Shown here in pieces: positions 10,226 through 16,935 of a stretch of 64,000 bases of DNA (position 1 is its first letter; each line of letters opens with the position of its first letter). The translations under genes and the position numbers were made by a program. The notes under the pieces are model-generated. The model saw only the letters and a list, made by a program, of their open reading frames with translations, ran no database searches and was not told the origin of the DNA. The DNA is from Diplonema japonicum (lineage: Eukaryota > Protista > Euglenozoa: Diplonemea), in contig OZ025651.1 of the NCBI GenBank assembly GCA_964019335.1, positions 186,001-250,000 of the forward strand. The letters run 5' to 3'.

Positions 10226-13200
10226 CTACCTGCACCTATCCCCCTTCAGCAGCGGTTTCTCCTTCTTCGGTGGTCGTGCCGGCCTCCTCCCCAGCTTGGC
10301 TACTTTTTCCCTTCTTTCCTTTGCCCATTGCTTCCCCAGCTCCTCCAGGTCGTACTTGGTCTTCGTTGATGCAAAGATTGCTCTTCTACTCCACCCGATC
10401 GCCGCCTTCGTCCCTCCGATTGATCGCAGCGTATGTACTCTCTTGCATGGTTCAGCAGGGAAGGCCCTCCTTCCTTTCACCTTCTTCTGCAGTCTCCCTA
10501 GTTCCCATGTGTTCCACACCTTCTTCATCACCGTGTGCAGTCTCCTGGCCTTCTGTCGCACCTCTGCCAACTCCCCTAGCTTCCCTCCAAGGGATTTCTG
10601 GGTCACGTTTTCGAAATCCAGCGCCAGCTCCACCGTCGACACTGCCGTGCTTCTGTTCCCTCCATACCAGCGCAGCTGCTTGAGCCATTTCAGCACCGGT
10701 TTCGTGTACTCCTTCAGGGTGTTGCCGGTCTGCAGCCTCGCGAACTCCTCCTCTGTTGGTGCTGGGTGTGCCTCCCCCTCCGTGATCTCCAGCCATTGGT
10801 GTGTCCGGTAGATCTGCTGCCTCTTTGCCTGCAAGGCTGCGTCGCGTTCCCCCACCACAGCCAGCAGGTAACGCTGGGTCTTCTCGAGCCTGTCCTTGTC
10901 CTCCTTGGCCGCTTCCCTCGGGAGGATGCCATGGAGCCTCATGCACGGTTCTAGGCCTGTTCGTGTCGTGCCTGCATGTGCCTCCCGTTGCCCTACTTCG
11001 ACAGCCAGTTCGCACTCCCACAGTGCATGCTCCAGGATGTTGGATATCTGTTGCATCTGACCGCATACGTCGCAGCGTGCCGTTGCGGGTTCGTCCTGCT
11101 GCCTCTGCTCCGCCAGCAGCATGCGCTCCAGCTCCGCGACTTCCCCTTCTCCTCCCGCCTCTCTTTCTTCTTCGTCTTCTGAGTCGTCTCGGGAATCTTC
11201 TTCGTCCACCTCATCCTCCGTCGGTGGGATGTGTGCCACTGCGTCCGTCCGCCATCCCCGTGGGTGGATGTAGAAAACCGCGCCTGTGATCACCCTGCGT
11301 AGGTTCCTTGCTGCGATGGGGTCCGACGACGCCAGCTTCCCCCATAGCTCGTTTGTCTCGACAGCGGCTGCCGTCGCCATTCCTTTCATGGAGCTCCGTT
11401 TTCCCATGATGGCCTCCGCTTCACCACGCCTGAGCTTGTCTCTGATGTAGTGTCGGAACCGCTCCTTCTCCATGGCCATGGTGTCCTTCAGCTGGTCCCA
11501 GGTTGCTTGCACCATGGGTAGCCACCTCTGCTTCAGGTTTCCCACCAGGCCCAGCGCCTTCTTCCCTTCCCGGTACAGCTTTGCGATGTCGTTGCAGCGT
11601 GCCCACAGTTGGTCGTCCTTCCTGCATGCCCTGTACATGAGCATCAGTGCTTTGTAGGCTGCTGTCATCTTCGGGTGGTGTGTGTGCCCTGGTAGTGTCA
11701 CGGAGAGTACTGCGCCGGGGCTCCGCGTGCGATACCTCTGGCCCCACAGCGTGTATGTCGTCTCCATCACCAGGAGTTCCATCATCCCCGTCCTTGGCGG
11801 TGAGAAGGGGGCGTCGTACAGGCAGCTTGGCAGCAGTGTGGAGCTGATGATCCGCGCCTTCTGCTGGAAGGACAGCGGGGTCGCCCCCAGCCTGCTCAAC
11901 GTCTTCATCGCTTCCTTGGCCCTGTCGTTGTTGTATTGCTGCTGGCCGTCCGTCCGCAGCTTGGCTCCCAGCACCTCCACTGTCCGCACTGCCTGCAGCA
12001 CTTCACCGTCCACCTTCACTTCCGGTGCCTTGGCGCCTGTCGTAAAGGTTTTGGTTTTCTTTACGTTTAGCTTCATGCCAACCATTTTGCAGAAGTCCTC
12101 CACCGCCTCCACCCCCTTCTGCAGTGCTGCCGCGAGTTGTGACAGAAGGTACGCGTCGTCAGCGTATGACAGCGAGCGGACCCCCGTGCCGTCCTCCACC
12201 TGTTTCATCAGCACTGCCAGTAACGCGTTGATGAGTACCACAGATATGGGGCACCCTTGTAGGATTCCATTTGTCGTGTGGAACTCCTCTCCAACGCCCG
12301 TGGCGTACCTGAAACGTCTCCGCATGCCCGCGTACATCCCCTTCAGCGCCCTTAGAATGCCCGTCTCCATGCCCATGTCCTCCACCAGCTCCATCACTAG
12401 TTGCTGCGGTACGCTGTCGAAACACTTCGCAAAGTCAAGTGCCACCCCGACCAGCGGTTTCCCTTCGAGTAGAGATTCCTCGATGTCCAGGGCGAGGTCC
12501 ATTAGCGCGTCCTCTGTCCCGAAGCCTGTGCGGAATCCGTACTGCTTGTCGTGTACCCACTTCTCCTGCCAGAGAAGGATGTCTGCCAGTCGCGTGCATG
12601 CCCAAAGTCTGTACACCGCTGATGTCACCGTGATGGGTCTGTGCTCCAGCGGTCCCGCGTCGTCGCATTTTGGTACGAGTGTGACCAGCGCCGTCTTCAC
12701 GGCCTCTGGCCATCTCCCGGTTGCTTCGATCGCTTGGAAGAGCTGAGCCCAGGCGTCCAACACCGACTCTGGTAGTTTGCGTAGCTCCAGCATCCTCCAC
12801 CCGTCGATGCCTGCTGCGCTTCTCTTGCTCTTCCTTGCGAGTACCTCTCTCAGCCTCGCTCCCGTGAGCTGCGTCTTCGTCATCTCATGCCGTTGTATAA
12901 ACTTGCCATACTTTGCCTTGAAGGGGGCGAAGGGGGGTTCCGGCTTGTTTTCGTACTTCGAGAAGACGCTCTTCCAGGCTTTGCGCATGACTGCGTCGAT
13001 CTTCGCAGGGTCTGCCACTAGTAACTTACCATCCTTGACTGCCCTGGTCCCATCGCTCTGGCGTTTTCCTCTTGCTACTGTCACCAGCTTGGCCGTTTCT
13101 CTTCCCGATGCCACCTCAGCCAGGTATTCCCGTCTTCGCGTCGTGTTCGACTCGGTCCTCTTCCTCCGTTCTTGCGCTGCCACGGCGTCCTCCATGTCTA

Positions 13201-13288
13201 GGGTTGCTGCCAGCATGTCTTCGATGAACGAGGTGTCCTGCGGTATTGGCTCCGTCGGGACTGCTGCTGCTGCTGCTTCTCTGTTCAC
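10226..13288 (-). CDS. LINE ORF2, RT part: non-LTR reverse transcriptase, zinc-binding motif and C-terminal domain
   Basis: Motifs AAGIDG, HRPITVTSAVYRLWA, QYGFR, LDFAKCFDSV, GILQGCPIS, YADD and LNVKKT; later CDVCGQ...HALWEC. Offset by +1 frame from the APE part. No obvious RNase H motif seen. Confidence 0.95.
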   Translation of the reverse strand: MNREAAAAAVPTEPIPQDTSFIEDMLAATLDMEDAVAAQERRKRTESNTTRRREYLAEVASGRETAKLVTVARGKRQSDGTRAVKDGKLLVADPAKIDAVMRKAWKSVFSKYENKPEPPFAPFKAKYGKFIQRHEMTKTQLTGARLREVLARKSKRSAAGIDGWRMLELRKLPESVLDAWAQLFQAIEATGRWPEAVKTALVTLVPKCDDAGPLEHRPITVTSAVYRLWACTRLADILLWQEKWVHDKQYGFRTGFGTEDALMDLALDIEESLLEGKPLVGVALDFAKCFDSVPQQLVMELVEDMGMETGILRALKGMYAGMRRRFRYATGVGEEFHTTNGILQGCPISVVLINALLAVLMKQVEDGTGVRSLSYADDAYLLSQLAAALQKGVEAVEDFCKMVGMKLNVKKTKTFTTGAKAPEVKVDGEVLQAVRTVEVLGAKLRTDGQQQYNNDRAKEAMKTLSRLGATPLSFQQKARIISSTLLPSCLYDAPFSPPRTGMMELLVMETTYTLWGQRYRTRSPGAVLSVTLPGHTHHPKMTAAYKALMLMYRACRKDDQLWARCNDIAKLYREGKKALGLVGNLKQRWLPMVQATWDQLKDTMAMEKERFRHYIRDKLRRGEAEAIMGKRSSMKGMATAAAVETNELWGKLASSDPIAARNLRRVITGAVFYIHPRGWRTDAVAHIPPTEDEVDEEDSRDDSEDEEEREAGGEGEVAELERMLLAEQRQQDEPATARCDVCGQMQQISNILEHALWECELAVEVGQREAHAGTTRTGLEPCMRLHGILPREAAKEDKDRLEKTQRYLLAVVGERDAALQAKRQQIYRTHQWLEITEGEAHPAPTEEEFARLQTGNTLKEYTKPVLKWLKQLRWYGGNRSTAVSTVELALDFENVTQKSLGGKLGELAEVRQKARRLHTVMKKVWNTWELGRLQKKVKGRRAFPAEPCKRVHTLRSIGGTKAAIGWSRRAIFASTKTKYDLEELGKQWAKERREKVAKLGRRPARPPKKEKPLLKGDRCR

Positions 13289-14579
13289 ATTCCTTATTGT
13301 GCAGAGTGGTCGTGCTCAGGCTCCCCTCGTCCATTGCCCGTTCCAGTTGCTCTCGTAATGAACGGGTCTTGAGCCTCAGCTTCTCCAGTCGGGCCTGCAT
13401 GATTGTAGCCGCCCCGATCGAGCCTGTTGTTGTCGGTGCACACACATTCTTGTTCTTCGTGCTTATGTGTTTGCCCCTTCCAACGTATGCTGCCCTCCCT
13501 GGAGTCCCTACCGGTTGTCCTATCAGGAGATCTTCTGTGCATCGGGAGAGTGTTTCGAAGGCTTCTGTGATTCGGCCCTCTCGCAAGTGCAGCTGGAAAT
13601 GACACGCTTCAACAGCCTCTGCGCCCTGACCTTCTGCCGGCTCCTCTGCTGCTTCCAGCCCCTTCGGCAGCATGTACCTCTGTACCTGCAGACTGAACCT
13701 ATCGAGTTGTAGTCGGACTGTGAGGGTTCTGTGGTCGGTTCCTTTGACTAGCTTGTATGCGCTGCAGTCCGTGATGGCCGGCACCGCCTCTGGGTTTGCC
13801 AGAATCCTGTCTATCCGTGTGGCGCAGTTTTCCCGTACAAACGTTGGTTCTGGTTGCTCGCCCCTTCTCATCTTTGCGCATAGCTCCGCTGCATCAGTCC
13901 AGCCCGTCTGCAGCGCCTTGCACAGTTCTGGAGACCTGTCCTCGTCAGTGTTCAGGTCGCCGACAACGAGTATGGGTACGTTGCCGAGCTCCCTCGTCTT
14001 CTTCTGCAGGACGTAGTGGAGGAGGGTCTCCCTCTTTGCCGTTTCTTCTCGCCCTGCTCCCGACGGGCAGTAAACCGAGATGATGTGCAGCCATTTGCGC
14101 TTGCCGTCGATCGCGACCTGCGTGTGCAGCCACCTCCGGCTTTGCTCCTCAGGTTGGTCTGAGGTATCCAGTGTTCCTGGTAGTGCGGTCCTGGGTTCTC
14201 GGATGAGTGTTGCGAGTCCCCCCCTCTGTGCTACCCAGTTCGATGCGATGCCCTCGACCTTCCTCCCCGGCTGCGGTGGCCCCCACATCGGCTTCCACTT
14301 CTTCTTCTGCTTCACCTTGCCAAGCTCTCGTTCTATTTCTTGTTGGCCTGCCAGGGTGAGCGCTGTCTCCTGTGTACATATGACGTCCATGTCCAGCTTT
14401 GTGACCTCCTCAAGTTGGTTGCGAAGGGAGGCTACGTTCACCGTCGATATGTTCATGTACGTGGGTGCTGGTCCAGGGTTTGGTTGTATTCCCTGAACCG
14501 TGAGTCTCGCGAAGTCCTCCGCCTCCTCTGACCCCGGTCTGCGCTTCCCCTGCCTCAGTTCAGCACCTTTCCGATGCAT
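13116..14579 (-). CDS. LINE ORF2, N-terminal part: 2A-like peptide plus apurinic/apyrimidinic-type (EEP) endonuclease
   Basis: GIQPNPGP followed by ISTVNVASL, VICTQET, ISVYCPSG, VGDLN, RIDRIL and TDH. The nearest upstream ATG (MHRKG, 14579) overlaps the end of ORF1. Confidence 0.9.
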   Translation of the reverse strand: MHRKGAELRQGKRRPGSEEAEDFARLTVQGIQPNPGPAPTYMNISTVNVASLRNQLEEVTKLDMDVICTQETALTLAGQQEIERELGKVKQKKKWKPMWGPPQPGRKVEGIASNWVAQRGGLATLIREPRTALPGTLDTSDQPEEQSRRWLHTQVAIDGKRKWLHIISVYCPSGAGREETAKRETLLHYVLQKKTRELGNVPILVVGDLNTDEDRSPELCKALQTGWTDAAELCAKMRRGEQPEPTFVRENCATRIDRILANPEAVPAITDCSAYKLVKGTDHRTLTVRLQLDRFSLQVQRYMLPKGLEAAEEPAEGQGAEAVEACHFQLHLREGRITEAFETLSRCTEDLLIGQPVGTPGRAAYVGRGKHISTKNKNVCAPTTTGSIGAATIMQARLEKLRLKTRSLREQLERAMDEGSLSTTTLHNKECEQRSSSSSSPDGANTAGHLVHRRHAGSNPRHGGRRGSARTEEEDRVEHDAKTGIPG

Positions 14580-16333
14580 GCGCAGCACTGTTCCCTCCTG
14601 CATGTTTCCAGGGTGCACACCGCTGCCTTCCCTCCCTTCAGCAGCGTCTTGCATGAGGCGCACTGCCCCTGGGTGGCCTTGTACGCCTTCGACCACGCAT
14701 GGGTGTGCATCTTTTGCTTCTTCTGTGCCTGCGATTGGGGGGAATCCATGCCCTTCCCTTCCGAGGACTTCGTCGGCTGCCTGTAGGATGGCGTGCCGTC
14801 CGTCTCCATCGGTGTCGGGGACCGGGATTCTGGAGGTGTCACGCTCCTTGGCCGTTTCGTGGGGGACGCGGCTGTGTTCTTCTTCGGCGATCCCTGTGCC
14901 TTCCTCCTCCTCGGTGATGGTGAAGCCTCCGGAGGTGTCCCGCTTCTCTGCCTCTTCGTCGGGGATGCTGGAGATGCTGGGTTCGTTGCGATTACCTTCT
15001 CCCTCAGCTCCCTGTGCCTCAGCGCTTGCTTCTTCAGTGTCTCCCTCAGCTTCTTGTTGTCCTCTTGCAGCCCTTTGATGATCTGCTCCAGCTTCTGCAT
15101 CTGTTGTTGTATTCCTGTCGGCATCTGCTCTTCCTTTTGCTCTTCCTTTCCCTTCTCCTTCTGCGGTTTGTGCTTCTGTTCCTTCTGCCCCTTCTGCTGT
15201 GCCTTCGGGTCCTTCTTCTGTTGTGCCTTTGGGTCCTGCTTTTGTTGTGCCTTCGGGTCCTGCTTCTGCTGTGCCTTCGGGTCCGCCGCTGCCCAGTACT
15301 CCTCGCCTTTGTCCTTGCCATAGAAGCAGAGGAACTCCGGCTTGGAGTACTTGGTGTCGTTGTTCTCGTTTGGGTCCTTCCGCGTCTCCCCTTTTGCCAC
15401 CACCATCCGCAGCGGTTGGAGTTTCCATGCCTCTGTCAAGGGCATTTGGTTCTCTCCTACTTGGACTTCCCCGAACGGGGGTCGGACAACCGCCTGGATA
15501 ATGGCGAGCTGTTTCCCTTTCTTGGGGATCATCCGGAGCACCTCCGCACCTTCCCACCCCTTCGTGCGGATCACCTCCTGCACCTGCCCTGCTGTTACTC
15601 CGCGCGGTACGCAGTGGAGGTCGTACTTCGTCTTCTTTGCTCCCCCTGCTTCCACCAGTAGCCCTGCCTCCCGTGCCCTGTCTGCCGCGTGCGTCCTTGC
15701 TTCCCCTTCCTCCATCACCAGCCCGACCCCCCTCCCGTTGCTGATGATGGCTGCCTCGGGCCCCGCCGCCTTCCGTGCCTCCGACACGCTCCACGTCTTT
15801 AGCCACAACGGTGGCGCGTCCTCCTTCCTCCTCCTTCGTTCTTCGATGTACATACCGGTACCTTCTGCACCCCCGGCCTGTTTCGCTTTCTTCGCGTCGC
15901 TCGCCGACAGATAGACCAGGAGGTCCATCTTGGTGAGCTTGCCGTCCCACCCCTCGCCCCTCGGGTCTGACAGCCCTCGGGTCCCGATCCCCATGGATCC
16001 GAGCACCTTCTTCGTGTGCTCTCTCGCGTCGGCCTCGACCTGCTCCCAGCCTTCCCCCGCCGCCGGTCGCCTCCATACCACTCTCAGCACCTCGGTGGCG
16101 TTCTCGTCTTCGTCCTCGTCCTCGTCCTCGTCCATCCAGCGTTCCTGCTGCTGCTTGCCATGTGTCTTCGGCCATCCCGCCTCTGCCGTTACCCTCACCG
16201 CGCGTACCACCTTCCCCTTCCCTGGTCTCGCCCGCGCTACCTGCACCCACGAAGGTGCTGCCCCCTGCTGGGGTTTTTGCTCTCCTCCTGAGGGAGAAGA
16301 CCCAGGGCCACCACTTGGAGGTTCCCCAGCCAT
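14555..16333 (-). CDS. LINE ORF1 (592 aa): basic protein with DPKAQQKQ repeats, coiled coil, SP-rich region and C-terminal Cys-rich zinc finger
   Basis: ATG at 16333 (MAGEPPSGG). 24-bp repeats at about 15190-15285; coiled coil QQQMQKLEQIIKGLQEDNKKLRETLKK; C-terminus CASC...VCTLETCRREQCCAC. Confidence 0.85.
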   Translation of the reverse strand: MAGEPPSGGPGSSPSGGEQKPQQGAAPSWVQVARARPGKGKVVRAVRVTAEAGWPKTHGKQQQERWMDEDEDEDEDENATEVLRVVWRRPAAGEGWEQVEADAREHTKKVLGSMGIGTRGLSDPRGEGWDGKLTKMDLLVYLSASDAKKAKQAGGAEGTGMYIEERRRRKEDAPPLWLKTWSVSEARKAAGPEAAIISNGRGVGLVMEEGEARTHAADRAREAGLLVEAGGAKKTKYDLHCVPRGVTAGQVQEVIRTKGWEGAEVLRMIPKKGKQLAIIQAVVRPPFGEVQVGENQMPLTEAWKLQPLRMVVAKGETRKDPNENNDTKYSKPEFLCFYGKDKGEEYWAAADPKAQQKQDPKAQQKQDPKAQQKKDPKAQQKGQKEQKHKPQKEKGKEEQKEEQMPTGIQQQMQKLEQIIKGLQEDNKKLRETLKKQALRHRELREKVIATNPASPASPTKRQRSGTPPEASPSPRRRKAQGSPKKNTAASPTKRPRSVTPPESRSPTPMETDGTPSYRQPTKSSEGKGMDSPQSQAQKKQKMHTHAWSKAYKATQGQCASCKTLLKGGKAAVCTLETCRREQCCACIGKVLN

Positions 16334-16379
16334 GATTGATAGAGATTTTGTTAATTCCAACCCAATATCCAGCCCCTGG

Positions 16380-16413
16380 CTAAAAAAAGAAATATATAAA
16401 GAGACAAAGGAGG
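16380..16413 (-). promoter_or_regulatory. Candidate spliced-leader trans-splice acceptor (polypyrimidine tract + AG) in the LINE 5' UTR
   Basis: Sense sequence CCTCCTTTGTCTCTTTATATATTTCTTTTTTTAG ends about 46 nt before the ORF1 ATG. It is the only such pyrimidine tract I saw in the otherwise purine-rich element. Confidence 0.55.
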
Positions 16414-16544
16414 CCAGTGTTGGTGGTGCCTGCACAGTACTGTCTACTGAATTACAGGGAGCGCACGTCGGCCGAGCTGTAGCTTCTTCTGCATCCTTAA
16501 TGCGTGCAGCTCAGCTCAGCTCAGCCCAGCCAGGCGCCCCGGGT

Positions 16545-16666
16545 AACCAAGATTCTGTGCTCGTTCAGTTTTCTGCCTGTTCGTCACCCTGAGCATCTGC
16601 TACCGGTGATGACCTACGAGGGGGTCAACACATCGGATGAACTTCTTTATATTTCCATGCACCACC
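16545..16666 (-). ncRNA. HDV-like self-cleaving ribozyme at the LINE 5' end
   Basis: Sense strand: P1 GGTGGTG (16666-16660) pairs with CATCACC; P3 ACC/GGT encloses L3 CCCTCGTA; GG follows P1 (P1.1). This is the same order and motif as the HDV core. The predicted cleavage site is 2 nt from the TSD. P2, P4 and J4/2 could not be assigned unambiguously, so the downstream boundary is approximate. Confidence 0.75.
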
Positions 16667-16935
16667 GGAAGAAAAAAAAAATAACTTCAGTGTGCACCCA
16701 CCTGATAGTAAAGAAGAACGAAAGAACAAAAAAAAACTCAAATTAACATGCAAACTCCCAGAGCGAAAGCCGCATGCCAAAAAAAAAACAAGAAAAGGTT
16801 GTTTCACTCTATTATGATTTCTTTTTTTCTTTTTCCTTCTTCTTTTCCATGTTCTTTTTTCCTTTTTTTTCCCCCCGCTCACAATGCCGCCGCCATCATG
16901 AATACTGTATCAATACAAACCCAAACCGCACACAG

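Larger units (their letters stand above)
10177..16668 (-). mobile_element. Apparently full-length APE-type non-LTR retrotransposon (ingi/L1Tc-like features) with two ORFs
   Basis: Contains ORF1, APE, RT and a C-terminal CCHC-type motif. Flanked by an approximate target-site duplication, + strand AAG(A)8TA at 10166-10178 and AAG(A)10TA at 16669-16683. HDV-like core at the 5' junction; purine-rich sense strand lacking the host's long homopolymers. Confidence 0.93.

Noticed and set aside
14580-16250. About 560-codon overlapping ORF in the -1 frame of LINE ORF1
   Set aside because: The translation is G/R/E low complexity. Openness is expected because ORF1 rarely has T at third positions, so -1 frame stops are rare. 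It is not called as a protein, though it would allow a -1 frameshift into ORF2.
16506-16531. (TCAGC)n / GAGCT pentamers resembling immunoglobulin switch repeats
   Set aside because: Only about four units, consistent with an ordinary microsatellite in the LINE 5' UTR.
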